DNA of 64,000 nt from Bacteroidota bacterium. GTDB taxonomy: Bacteria; Bacteroidota; Bacteroidia; Flavobacteriales; BACL11. Location of the stretch: assembly GCA_028408365.1 (NCBI GenBank), contig JAOOLD010000001.1:64450-128449 (forward strand). Reading direction: 5' to 3'. The position numbers and the translations under genes are program-made. The notes under the pieces were generated by a model that saw only the letters and a program-made list of their open reading frames with translations, made no database searches and was not told where the DNA came from. This document shows positions 27,778-37,740 of this stretch, one piece after another. Each line of letters opens with the position of its first letter. Positions within the stretch are counted from its first letter, which is position 1.

Positions 27778-28682
27778 AAATTGCTGCAATAACTTTAACA
27801 ATGAACGATTATCATGTTGTAAATCAGTGGTTACAATTTTACAAATCTTATATAAGTGTTATCTATAAACATTTTATTATTCATAATACTGCAAATAAAG
27901 ACTACCAAAAATTAATTGCTGAGAAATTTACTAAATCAATAATTATTGTTAGAAAGTCTAACGGAGGAACCACAGCCGCTTACAATACTGGCATAAAAGA
28001 AGCACTAAAAGACCCTGATGTTGACGCCATAATGCTAATAGCAAATGATATAAATATAAATGCGGATTCAATAAAAAACTTATATAAGAAACTTTATAGT
28101 TTAGACTCTATTGGTGCCGTTGGTCCAATATTATTGGAAAAAGATAACAAAACAATAGTAGCTTTCGGTGAAAATTTAAACTTTAACACTGGCTTAAATC
28201 GTTTACATCACAACCAATATCTAAGCTCAAATCTTCCTGAAACTATTGAATGTGAATGTTTACCTGGAGGTATGAATATGATAAAGCGAGAAGTTTATGA
28301 AAAGGTGGGATTACAGGACGAATCTTTATTTATGTACTGTGATGAAAATGAATTTTTTTTGAGAGTAGCAAAAAAAGGCTATAAAATTATGGCAACAAGC
28401 AAAGCCTTGAGTTCTCATTGTCATATTTTTACTGAAGGGACTAAAAATGATAATAGTTTAGCTTGGTTTTACATTAATAGAAATCATCTATTAGTTTGTA
28501 GGCAATATCGTTCTTTTAGAACTACTTTAGGTCTTTTTTTAAGTAAATTTTTTTTTGTAGGCGTGAAGCAATCTATTAGTTTCTTAATTGATAGAACTCC
28601 TAAAAAAATATTTTACTACTACTTAGGCTTAGTTTGTGGGCTTATAGGGCTCAGAAATAATTTTATTAAAAAAATCAATTAA
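27774..28682 (+). CDS. Glycosyltransferase family 2
   Basis: 302 aa with NGGTTAAYNTGIKEA and a C-terminal CDENEFFLRVAKKGYKI block, as in GT2 rhamnosyltransferase-like enzymes. ATGA overlap. Confidence 0.75.
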   Translation: MKIAAITLTMNDYHVVNQWLQFYKSYISVIYKHFIIHNTANKDYQKLIAEKFTKSIIIVRKSNGGTTAAYNTGIKEALKDPDVDAIMLIANDININADSIKNLYKKLYSLDSIGAVGPILLEKDNKTIVAFGENLNFNTGLNRLHHNQYLSSNLPETIECECLPGGMNMIKREVYEKVGLQDESLFMYCDENEFFLRVAKKGYKIMATSKALSSHCHIFTEGTKNDNSLAWFYINRNHLLVCRQYRSFRTTLGLFLSKFFFVGVKQSISFLIDRTPKKIFYYYLGLVCGLIGLRNNFIKKIN

Positions 28683-28703
28683 AAATTACATGTGTTGTAA
28701 TAT

Positions 28704-29681
28704 ATGAAATCATGTAAAGTATCAATTATAGTTCCTGTCTTTAACGGGTCATTTTTAATCTCACGATGCTTGGATTCTATCTTCACACAAATTGGAAATT
28801 TTAAAATAGAAGTAATTGTAATCGATGACGGATCAACAGACAATACTCTTGAAATTTTAGAGAATTACAAAAAACCTATTACCATCTTAAAGCAAGTTAA
28901 CAATGGTCCTGCAGCTGCAAGAAATGAAGGTATAAAAATATCAACTGGTAAATATCTTACTTTTCTAGATGCTGATGATTACTGGGAACCAGCTTTTTTA
29001 AAAGAAACTATTTCTTTTTTGGATGATAACAATGATGCTATTTCAGTGAGTGTTGGTCAAGTACATAAATTTTATGCTAAAACTGAAAAAATATTACCAA
29101 ATTTCTTGAGCGAAGAGAATAGTAATTTTAAAAAACCTGTGGTTCTAAATGATTTTTATGCTTTTTGGGCAAATCATAATCATGTTTGCACAGGAAGTGT
29201 TTTGTTTAGAACTGACATAGTAAAACAAACTGGAGGGCAAAGATCTGACTTAAGAATTACTGAAGACCTTGAATTCTGGGCTTATTTAGCAACTTTTGGA
29301 AAATGGGGGTTCATTCCAAAAGTTTTATTCGTCAGTGATGGAGGAAAAGTAACTAGAGAAATAGGTTGGTTTAAAAAGAATCAAAAAAGATGGGCGTCAG
29401 CCCCTACAGTTAAAATTTGGGAATCAAGAATTATTAAAAGAATCTCAAACAAACTATTACCTTCGTATGATACTGCAAAAGGAAGAATTGCCAAAAATCT
29501 AGCTTACTCAATGATTTTATCAAAGAGAATCAATCTTTCCAGAAAAACTATAATAAAATATAAACACCTGTTCCCAAAGGATAAATTATCTTTATGCATG
29601 TCATTTTTTGCAAACTATAAATTTATATTCGTATTTTTTTCGAAAATAATGTTTGTGCGAGAAAGGTATAGAAAGTTATGA
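28704..29681 (+). CDS. Glycosyltransferase family 2
   Basis: 325 aa with VSIIVPVFNG, VIDDGSTDNT, GPAAARNEGI and FLDADDYW (DxD). Confidence 0.85.
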   Translation: MKSCKVSIIVPVFNGSFLISRCLDSIFTQIGNFKIEVIVIDDGSTDNTLEILENYKKPITILKQVNNGPAAARNEGIKISTGKYLTFLDADDYWEPAFLKETISFLDDNNDAISVSVGQVHKFYAKTEKILPNFLSEENSNFKKPVVLNDFYAFWANHNHVCTGSVLFRTDIVKQTGGQRSDLRITEDLEFWAYLATFGKWGFIPKVLFVSDGGKVTREIGWFKKNQKRWASAPTVKIWESRIIKRISNKLLPSYDTAKGRIAKNLAYSMILSKRINLSRKTIIKYKHLFPKDKLSLCMSFFANYKFIFVFFSKIMFVRERYRKL

Positions 29682-30910
29682 ATACAATTCAAAAGCAATT
29701 CTCTTTGTTAGAGCTGTTCAGAGCTGCCGGTGTTCCAGGATATTTACTTTTTTTTCAAAATATACTACTTTTCTTTGTCAAAAGAAAAAGAGATTTAATT
29801 GAATATTCTATTATTGACAATTCAGCATTATTTCAAATTTTATTTGTATTTGTAGTTTTTGCTCTTTGCCTAAACCAAATAATTTCATCTAAAAATTACG
29901 TTAGATTTATTCAAAGAAAACCAAATTTATACATATTAATTTTTAGTGTAATTTGTCTAGCTTCGGGCATATGGTCATCAAATAGTTATTTAACCATATA
30001 TAGATCATTTGAGATGATTACATTTTTACTGCTTATTTTTTGGACAGTCTATAAACTAGCTTTAAGATTAGATTTCCAAAATATTATTGAATGGTTAGTT
30101 TTTTGGGCAGTATGGTCTATAATTTGGGGATTCTTTACTTATCTTAAACTTTATGGTATTTCTTACACTTTTTCAGAAATTAATAATGTTGCAAGATTAG
30201 AGTATCCGGCAGTATTATTCTTTGCTCTATTAATTTCGAAACGTAAATTATTTATGTTGATAATAGTTTCTTTAGCTATATTTTCTTTATCAAATAAGAT
30301 TTATTTAGGTATTGTATTGGGATCTTTAGCTATGATTTTTGGTAATCTAAAAAACAAATTATTTTTTATCTTATTTGCTCTAATTACTTCAATATTTGTA
30401 TTGTTTTTTGACTTAAATACTGTTTTATTAGAAACCATTTTTGTAGGTAGAGAAGCTGTTAGTATTGAAAATTCTAGCGGAAGAAATTTAGTTTGGCAGA
30501 AATCTATAGAAGCAATTAAAAATAAACCCTTTTTGGGATATGGGTTTGTAGCTGGTGAAAATAAAATTTTATTTCAAGATTTTTCAGGTGCAATTTCATC
30601 ACATAATTTTTTGATTTCTTCATTACTAAATACTGGAATTTTAGGCTCTATTTTCATGATTCTATATTTTATTTCATATATAAAAATCTCTTTAAATAAT
30701 TTCTGGCCAAAAAATAAATGGCGAGTTGCAATTTTAGGGAGTTTTATTATGTGTTTAATTTTATCATTAACATCTCCTGGTTTAGGTAGTCGTGTTTATG
30801 GCTCTTTTATTAGTGTTGCTCTAGTATTATCTACAATAAATGTATTAAGCATAAAGTCTTATAATAATTTTAAAAAAATAAATAATGAAAATAACATGGG
30901 TAACTCGTAG
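29678..30910 (+). CDS. O-antigen polymerase / O-antigen-ligase-like membrane protein (Wzy candidate)
   Basis: 410 aa with about 10 hydrophobic helices and a larger loop (GREAVSIENSSGRNLVWQKSIEAIKNKPFLGYGF...HNFLIS) typical of the Wzy_C/O-antigen ligase family. Confidence 0.7.
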   Translation: MNTIQKQFSLLELFRAAGVPGYLLFFQNILLFFVKRKRDLIEYSIIDNSALFQILFVFVVFALCLNQIISSKNYVRFIQRKPNLYILIFSVICLASGIWSSNSYLTIYRSFEMITFLLLIFWTVYKLALRLDFQNIIEWLVFWAVWSIIWGFFTYLKLYGISYTFSEINNVARLEYPAVLFFALLISKRKLFMLIIVSLAIFSLSNKIYLGIVLGSLAMIFGNLKNKLFFILFALITSIFVLFFDLNTVLLETIFVGREAVSIENSSGRNLVWQKSIEAIKNKPFLGYGFVAGENKILFQDFSGAISSHNFLISSLLNTGILGSIFMILYFISYIKISLNNFWPKNKWRVAILGSFIMCLILSLTSPGLGSRVYGSFISVALVLSTINVLSIKSYNNFKKINNENNMGNS

Positions 30911-32054
30911 TTTTTTAGATTATCGAATTCCAATTTATGAAGAGATAAATAGGCTTTCTAATAACCAATTAATTGTCATATACAATGCAGAAGTAACTCC
31001 TTTAAGATGTCAAGAAGGTTTGAAGAAAATTTTAGGCTCTAGAGCAGTTGGTTTAAAAGGAGAAATTAGATTCGGTGGAAAAAAAATTGAAAATCAAACT
31101 TTTGCAAATAAAGGTGGTCTAAGAATTCCTTTACTACCTGGTTTAATAAATAAAATCAAAAAATCAGAACCAGATATTATATTATCAGATGGTTTTTTTC
31201 AATGGACATATGCAGCATTAATAAATAATGCAATATGGCAAACTCCGCATTTAATGCTTTATGAGAGAACCAAACATACAGAAAGAAACGTTTCTTTTCT
31301 TAGATATTATTTAAGACAAATTGCCTCAAAATTTATTACAGCAATTTCATGTAATGGAATTCAAACAAAAGAGTATTTACAAGAATTTGGTATTGCTGAA
31401 AAGAAATTATTTATTGGTAATATGGCCGCAGATAGTTCTGGACTTCAAAATGCTATTTCTAAAATTTCAAAAAATGAAATTTTAAAATTAAAGAAAAGCT
31501 TCAATTTAAAAGAAGATGTATTTTTATTTGTGGGGCAATTAATTCCAAGAAAAGGAGTGATTGAATTAATTAAAGCTTGGAAAGATTTTGAAAAAAATTT
31601 TTCAAACGCGTCTTTAGTTCTATTAGGAAGTGGAGAACAGTTAGAATTGGCAAGTGATTTGTTGAACAAAAATCGAATTAATAATGTGTGTTTACCAGGC
31701 AAAGTAGATTATTCAGAAGTTGCAACGTTTTATGCAGTCGCCGATATTTTTATTATTCCTACATTAGAGGATAATTGGTCATTGGTTGTTCCAGAAGCAA
31801 TGAGCTGTAGCCTTCCAATAATTTGTTCAAAATATAATGGCTGTTGGCCCGAATTGGTAAAAAAAGAAAATGGTTGGGTGTTTGATCCATTGGATACTAG
31901 TAATTTTAATCATACACTTAATTTAGCGTATAAAAACAAAGAGAAATGGAAAGAAATGGGTGAATCCTCTGCAAAAATAGTATCAGATTTTTCTACCGAA
32001 AAAATTGCAAATAAGATTGTTAACTCATGTAAAGAGATTATTTCAGATAAATAA
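30885..32054 (+). CDS. Glycosyltransferase family 4 (GT-B, retaining)
   Basis: 389 aa with FVGQLIPRKG and the EX7E-type block LEDNWSLVVPEAMSCSLPIICS. Confidence 0.85.
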   Translation: MKITWVTRSFLDYRIPIYEEINRLSNNQLIVIYNAEVTPLRCQEGLKKILGSRAVGLKGEIRFGGKKIENQTFANKGGLRIPLLPGLINKIKKSEPDIILSDGFFQWTYAALINNAIWQTPHLMLYERTKHTERNVSFLRYYLRQIASKFITAISCNGIQTKEYLQEFGIAEKKLFIGNMAADSSGLQNAISKISKNEILKLKKSFNLKEDVFLFVGQLIPRKGVIELIKAWKDFEKNFSNASLVLLGSGEQLELASDLLNKNRINNVCLPGKVDYSEVATFYAVADIFIIPTLEDNWSLVVPEAMSCSLPIICSKYNGCWPELVKKENGWVFDPLDTSNFNHTLNLAYKNKEKWKEMGESSAKIVSDFSTEKIANKIVNSCKEIISDK

Positions 32055-32055
32055 A

Positions 32056-33384
32056 ATGAATATTACTGATTACATTTTCTTAAAGCGTTATTCCCTTGCA
32101 AAAAATGGAGCTTTGGATGCATATAAAACAGCTATTTTAAATCAAAGAATGGATGAAAGTGCACTCAACGAGTTAGTTTGGGAAAAAACAAAAAAATTAG
32201 TTTCTCACGCTTATGCGAATGTTAGTTGGTATAAAGACAAATTTGATGAATTAGGTTTACATCCATTTGACATAACTAAGCCTGAGTATTTTGGTCAAAT
32301 CCCAATCTTAAAACGTCATGAAATTATTAATAATTTCGACAAATTTATATCGAAAGGTGTTACATCTAAAAATCTTAAATTTATTACAACTGGCGGTTCC
32401 TCTGGTAAACCATTGAAAATTGGGGTAAGTAAAAGAAGGATTAGAGAAATTCAAAAATGGCAAATGTTTGATTGGTGGAATGTTCCACTAAATGCAAATA
32501 TGGCAAGTATATATAGAGGTGTTCCAGTAAATGGATTAAAGAAGTTAGCATTAAGTTTTATAAATTGGCCGCAAAAAATTATTAGACTAGATGCGGCAAA
32601 AATTACTTCACATAATATAAGGCAATTTATTCATCAATATAGAAAAGTTCGTCCAAAATTAATTCACGGTTATGTTGGTGCTCTCGATGCTTTAGCAGAT
32701 TATATTTTAGAAAATAATATCAAGTTTGACTTTAAACCAAATTCAATTTGGTGTACCGCTGCTCCAATTTCAGTTGTACAAGAAAATAAGATTTCAAAGG
32801 CTTTCAACGCACCTGTTTGTGATCAATACGGTTGTAGCGAGTTATATTTTGTTTCAGCAGAATGTTCACATAAAAGAGGATTGCATATTTTTTCAGATTC
32901 TGTTAAAGTTGAGATTGTTGATTATAGAGGACAAGCAGTTCGTAATGATCTCTATGGGAATATTATTCTTACAAATTTAGATGAATATGCATTCCCATTA
33001 ATTAGATATGAAAATGGGGATAGAGGAAGAATTTTAGATGACAAATGTTCATGTGGAATGACTTTACCACTTATGGATAAAGTTAAAGGAAGAATTTCTG
33101 ACAATATTAATCTCCCAAACAGTGTAGTTTTATCTGGTGAATACCTAACAACAATATTTGACAATCATACAGATTATGTGAAGCAGTTTCAGATAATTCA
33201 AAAGAAAGATTTAAGTCTAAAGATAAAGGTTAAGCTATCTAACAGTAATTATACAGATTTAATAAAAAAATTTTTAGAACGTGAATTAGGTGAAAAAATT
33301 AACAATCAAGTTGGTTATACTATCGATTTTGTTGATGAAATATTTTCAGATAAAGGAAAACTTAGATTTATAATTAAAGAATGA
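32056..33384 (+). CDS. CapK / phenylacetate-CoA-ligase-like adenylate-forming enzyme
   Basis: 442 aa from ATG 32056; the track's upstream extension overlaps the previous gene. It has the AMP-binding P-loop TTGGSSGKPLK, a later ENGDRG block and a C-terminal GKLRFI. Confidence 0.75.
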   Translation: MNITDYIFLKRYSLAKNGALDAYKTAILNQRMDESALNELVWEKTKKLVSHAYANVSWYKDKFDELGLHPFDITKPEYFGQIPILKRHEIINNFDKFISKGVTSKNLKFITTGGSSGKPLKIGVSKRRIREIQKWQMFDWWNVPLNANMASIYRGVPVNGLKKLALSFINWPQKIIRLDAAKITSHNIRQFIHQYRKVRPKLIHGYVGALDALADYILENNIKFDFKPNSIWCTAAPISVVQENKISKAFNAPVCDQYGCSELYFVSAECSHKRGLHIFSDSVKVEIVDYRGQAVRNDLYGNIILTNLDEYAFPLIRYENGDRGRILDDKCSCGMTLPLMDKVKGRISDNINLPNSVVLSGEYLTTIFDNHTDYVKQFQIIQKKDLSLKIKVKLSNSNYTDLIKKFLERELGEKINNQVGYTIDFVDEIFSDKGKLRFIIKE

Positions 33385-34568
33385 CCATGAAAATCCTTTT
33401 TGTACATAATAATTACGCCAGCAATAACAGCGGTGAGGAACATGCCTCTCAAGCGTTAGCAACTTTATTAATTGCAAATGGTCATAAAGTTGATTGGTAT
33501 AGAAAGAGCTCAGACATTATAAAAGATTCTGTATGGATGAAGATGAAAGCTTTTATCTTCGGAATATACAATCCTTACGCTGTTAAAGATTTGATGGCAA
33601 AAATAAATCAGTTTTCGCCAGACATTATTCAATGTCAAAATTTATATCCTTTTATTTCTCCAGCTATTATTAAACCAATTAAAAAGTTAAACATTCCTTT
33701 AATAATGAGGTGTCCAAATTATAGATTATTTTGCCCAACAGGCCTTCATCTCGATAGCAGTAATAAAATTTGTGAAAGTTGTTTAACTAAATTAAAAGAG
33801 TTTAACTGTGTTATGAAAAATTGTGAAAAAAATTGGTTTAAATCAATCGGCTATGCACTTCGAAATTTAGTTGCAAGAAAATATTGGAATATTACAAAAT
33901 TGTTCGATGCCTATATTGTTCAAACAGAATTTCAAAAGCAAAAGTTCGTCAAAAATGGTATTTCAAAAGAAAAATTATTTGTTGTTCCAGGGCTAACTCC
34001 TGAAATTAAAGCTATTGACAACAGAAATATTGCTTCAAACTATGTTAGTTTCATAGGCAGAGTCAGTGAAGAAAAAGGAATAGAAGAATTTATTTATGCT
34101 GCGAATAAATTACAAGACATATCATTTAAAGTAGTCGGAGCATACTCAGATTCTTTTATAAACCTAAAACAAAAATCATCTCGCAATGTTGAGTGGACTG
34201 GTTTTATGAGTGGTAAAAATTTAGATGAAATTTTTGTAAAATCTAGAATTATTGTTGTTCCAGGCAAGTGGTATGAAGGGTTTCCAAATGTAATTACTCG
34301 TGCCATGAGACACGGCAAAGCAATTATAACTTCTGATTTAGGAGCAATGTCTTCAATTATTGATCATAAAAAAAATGGACTCTTGGTTAGTGCTGGAGAC
34401 GGAGAATTGTTACATTCAGCTATAAAAAAACTATTTTATGATAAAAGTTTATGCGCTAAATACGGAGAAAATGCAAAGAAAAAAGCATCTGATTATTATT
34501 CAAACAAAATAATTTACGAAAAACTTTTAGATTCTTACAACTACATACTAAATAAAAATGTTATTTAA
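33381..34568 (+). CDS. Glycosyltransferase family 4
   Basis: 395 aa with MKILFVHNNY, FIGRVSEEKG and WYEGFPNVITRAMRHGKAIITSDLG. The start may be ATG 33387. Confidence 0.8.
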   Translation: MTMKILFVHNNYASNNSGEEHASQALATLLIANGHKVDWYRKSSDIIKDSVWMKMKAFIFGIYNPYAVKDLMAKINQFSPDIIQCQNLYPFISPAIIKPIKKLNIPLIMRCPNYRLFCPTGLHLDSSNKICESCLTKLKEFNCVMKNCEKNWFKSIGYALRNLVARKYWNITKLFDAYIVQTEFQKQKFVKNGISKEKLFVVPGLTPEIKAIDNRNIASNYVSFIGRVSEEKGIEEFIYAANKLQDISFKVVGAYSDSFINLKQKSSRNVEWTGFMSGKNLDEIFVKSRIIVVPGKWYEGFPNVITRAMRHGKAIITSDLGAMSSIIDHKKNGLLVSAGDGELLHSAIKKLFYDKSLCAKYGENAKKKASDYYSNKIIYEKLLDSYNYILNKNVI

Positions 34569-35991
34569 CTCTTGGGAATATCTTTTTTTATTTTTAGTAA
34601 CAACAATACTATACTTTAATATATCTCTGAAGTATAGAACATTTTTGCTGCTAATTAGTTCATATATATTTTATATATCTTGGCGCTTAGATTTTGCTCT
34701 TTTAATGCTAGCTGTTACAATGGTAAATTTTTTTGGCGGCATAAAAATCAATGCCTCAAGATCAAAGAAATCAAAGAAATACTGGTTAGCCTTAACAATA
34801 TTTTTATCTCTTATACCACTAATTTATTTTAAGTATTTTAATTTTTTGATTGAGAATATTAATTTCATCATTCCGTTTTTTGATAACAATTTGCAATTAC
34901 CTTATATCGAAATTATCTTACCTGTAGGTATTTCCTTTTTCACATTTCAAGCACTAAGTTACTCTTTGGATGTATATTATGGAAAAACTAATGTTGAGTA
35001 TAATTTCATAAATTTCAGCGGATTTGTAGCTTTTTTTCCTCAACTTGTTGCCGGCCCCATTGAACGCTCTTCAAATTTACTTTCTCAATTTAGAAACAAA
35101 CATTTGTTCCTGAAAGAAAATTTTTTAATTGGAGCAAAATTATTTATATGGGGTTTATTTAAAAAAGTTGTAATTGCGGATCGTCTAGCAATTTATGTTA
35201 ATAATATTTATGATAACCCAGAACTATTTAACTCTGCTACTTTAGCTGTAGCAACAATGTTTTTTGCTTTTCAAATATATTGTGATTTTAGTGGTTATTC
35301 TGATATGGCAATTGGTTCTGCTAAAATTTTAGGGTTTAATCTAAGACAAAACTTCAATTTACCATACCTCGCAAATTCTATTGGAGACTTTTGGAAACGT
35401 TGGCACATATCATTATCGTCTTGGTTTGGAGACTACCTTTATATTCCTCTTGGCGGTAATAGAGTTCGTTACTACAGGTGGGTTATTAATATTTTTCTTG
35501 TTTTTTTACTAAGTGGTTTTTGGCATGGTGCTAGCTGGACTTTTATAATATGGGGCTCATTGCATGCTTTTTACTATTTAGTTGAAAGCTGGGGTGATAA
35601 GTTTCTTAATTTGATTGATTTCAATTTTATTAAAAGGTATTGGGGTTATAAAGTATTTAAGATTTTAACTGTTTTCGTTTTAGTTTGTTTTGCATGGGTT
35701 TTTTTTCGTGCAAATTCAATCACAGATGCCTTCTTTATAATTGATGAAATTTTATCTTTTAAAAAAGGTGATTTATATATTGGCAGTTCAGCTGTTACAT
35801 TTATATTGTCAATATTTTTAATCTTTCTCTTATTAATAGTACAAATAATGCAGTATCTCAAAATTGCATCTATGTACTTTTATAAATCTAAAGCTCCTGC
35901 ATCAATTCAATTTTTATGGTATTTATTAATATGCGTGGCGATATCAACTTTGAGTGTCAGTTCAAATGCCTTTATTTACTTTCAATTTTAA
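34558..35991 (+). CDS. MBOAT-family membrane O-acyltransferase (AlgI/DltB-like)
   Basis: 477 aa with MLFNSWEYL, FWKRWHISLSSWFGDYLYIPLGGNR and the catalytic-His block FLLSGFWHGASW. Confidence 0.9.
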   Translation: MLFNSWEYLFLFLVTTILYFNISLKYRTFLLLISSYIFYISWRLDFALLMLAVTMVNFFGGIKINASRSKKSKKYWLALTIFLSLIPLIYFKYFNFLIENINFIIPFFDNNLQLPYIEIILPVGISFFTFQALSYSLDVYYGKTNVEYNFINFSGFVAFFPQLVAGPIERSSNLLSQFRNKHLFLKENFLIGAKLFIWGLFKKVVIADRLAIYVNNIYDNPELFNSATLAVATMFFAFQIYCDFSGYSDMAIGSAKILGFNLRQNFNLPYLANSIGDFWKRWHISLSSWFGDYLYIPLGGNRVRYYRWVINIFLVFLLSGFWHGASWTFIIWGSLHAFYYLVESWGDKFLNLIDFNFIKRYWGYKVFKILTVFVLVCFAWVFFRANSITDAFFIIDEILSFKKGDLYIGSSAVTFILSIFLIFLLLIVQIMQYLKIASMYFYKSKAPASIQFLWYLLICVAISTLSVSSNAFIYFQF

Positions 35992-35994
35992 ATC

Positions 35995-36930
35995 ATGGCC
36001 CTAAAAAAAATTTTAAAGTTTAAAATCATAAACACATTTACAATAGTTATTTCATTTATAGTCTCATTTTTCATTTTAGATTTAGGCGTAAATTCATTTC
36101 TAAGAAAAGGGTTGAAAAAATACTATGGTATTGAAGATAATTCTGAAATAGCACTTATTGGTCACTCTCATATAATGTTGGGTTTAGATAAAGAAAGTAT
36201 GGAGAAAAAACTAAACATAAAAGTTGCAAAATATACAAGCGAAGGTGTTGATATATTAAATAGAAAAGTAATGATTGACTACTTACTTGAAAAAAATGAC
36301 AGCATAAGATTATTAATTTATGGGGTTGATGCCTGGTCATTTAGTGGGGAGGGTTTAAGTGCAAATTCTCAAGTATTGTTTTATCCTTTTTTAGATAATG
36401 TTAATATTGACCACTATTTGAGAGAATGTGTCCCTTTCAAAGATTATTTGACTAGAAAAATAATAAAAACTACACGCTATAACGAAGGCCTTATATCTTC
36501 TTCTTTTAGAGGATATTTACGAAACTGGGATAATATGAAATCTGGAACTGTAAATTTAAAAAAAGTAAAAGAGCAAATTGCCAAAAATAAGTACAGGAAA
36601 ATCAATAATAATCCACTTTATATTGAGACCCTAACGCAAACAATTGAAACTCTATCATTAAACAAGATAGAAATTATTTTGTTTTATATTCCAACTTTGC
36701 ATCTTATAAACCAAGTGGAAAATAAAAAGTTTAAAAAAAATATAGATATTTTTGAGCAAATTGAGTCAGATTATGATAATGTGAAATTCATTAATTTTAC
36801 AGATGCATATTCACATCGCTATGAATTATTTTACGACCCCATACATTTAAACTCAGTTGGACAAAAAGTAGTTACAGATTCATTAATTAAAATTCTACAA
36901 AAAAATTACTACAATGATATTGGGATATGA
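35995..36930 (+). CDS. Membrane-anchored SGNH-like partner of the MBOAT (AlgJ/AlgX/DltD functional analogue)
   Basis: 311 aa with an N-terminal anchor helix. The block-I-like motif is ALIGHSHIMLG (GHS instead of GDS) and the block-V DxxH motif is YDPIHLN. Its position right after the MBOAT gene supports the call. Confidence 0.5.
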   Translation: MALKKILKFKIINTFTIVISFIVSFFILDLGVNSFLRKGLKKYYGIEDNSEIALIGHSHIMLGLDKESMEKKLNIKVAKYTSEGVDILNRKVMIDYLLEKNDSIRLLIYGVDAWSFSGEGLSANSQVLFYPFLDNVNIDHYLRECVPFKDYLTRKIIKTTRYNEGLISSSFRGYLRNWDNMKSGTVNLKKVKEQIAKNKYRKINNNPLYIETLTQTIETLSLNKIEIILFYIPTLHLINQVENKKFKKNIDIFEQIESDYDNVKFINFTDAYSHRYELFYDPIHLNSVGQKVVTDSLIKILQKNYYNDIGI

Positions 36931-37633
36931 CATCTTTTCAAATAAGCTTGAGGACATTAATCTTGAGAAAAAACTTATTATTAATACGATAAATCCTCAT
37001 AGTTATTGTATTGCAAAAAAGGATGAGGTTTTTCAACAAGCTTTAAAATCATCTGATATTTTATTGCCTGACGGTATTGGAATTGTGTGGGCTGCAAAAT
37101 TTTTAAGAAACTTCAAATTAAAAAAAATAGCTGGCTTTGATCTTTTTATTTTTTTAATGAATGACATTAATAAAAAAAATGGTTCTGTTTACTTTCTTGG
37201 ATCGACTGAAAATACACTGAAACTAATTAGTGAAAAAATAGTAGTAGAATATCCTAAAATTAATTTTAAAAAATATTCTCCGCCTTTTAAAGACGAATTT
37301 TCACATGAAGAATCGCTTGAAATTTGTAATAGAATTAATGACTTTAGTGCCGATATTTTATTTGTTGGAATGACAGCTCCCAAACAAGAAAAATGGATTC
37401 ACAAATACAAAAATGAAATAAATGTCAAAAAAATATGTGCCGTAGGTGCTGTTTTTGATTTTTATGCAGGTAATATAAAGCGTTCATCTAATTTTTGGAT
37501 TAGTATTGGTTTAGAGTGGTTGCCGAGATTTTTGCGTGAACCGAAAAGACTATACAAAAGAACTTTTTTTTCAACTCCCAAATTTATTTTAGAGGTTTTA
37601 TTTCACAAATTATTTGGTAAAGGCATCTTATGA
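36914..37633 (+). CDS. WecB/TagA/CpsF-family glycosyltransferase (GT26)
   Basis: 239 aa with INTINPHSY, DILLPDGIGIVWA, GMTAPKQEKW and GAVFDFYAG. These are typical GT26 blocks. Confidence 0.8.
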   Translation: MILGYDIFSNKLEDINLEKKLIINTINPHSYCIAKKDEVFQQALKSSDILLPDGIGIVWAAKFLRNFKLKKIAGFDLFIFLMNDINKKNGSVYFLGSTENTLKLISEKIVVEYPKINFKKYSPPFKDEFSHEESLEICNRINDFSADILFVGMTAPKQEKWIHKYKNEINVKKICAVGAVFDFYAGNIKRSSNFWISIGLEWLPRFLREPKRLYKRTFFSTPKFILEVLFHKLFGKGIL

Positions 37634-37728
37634 AAAACATAAGTTATTTTTAAATTTACATTTAACATAAAAACTTTAAAATAAAATCCATACAAAAACA
37701 TATAAACCCATTATTAATAAAATATGAT

Positions 37729-37736
37729 TATTTTTG
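37729..37736 (+). promoter_or_regulatory. -7 promoter box TATTTTTG, 4 nt upstream of wza ATG 37741
   Basis: Exact consensus match. The spacer is GTAT, followed by ATG. It lies in the 107-bp gap before wza-wzc. Confidence 0.45.
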
Positions 37737-37740
37737 GTAT

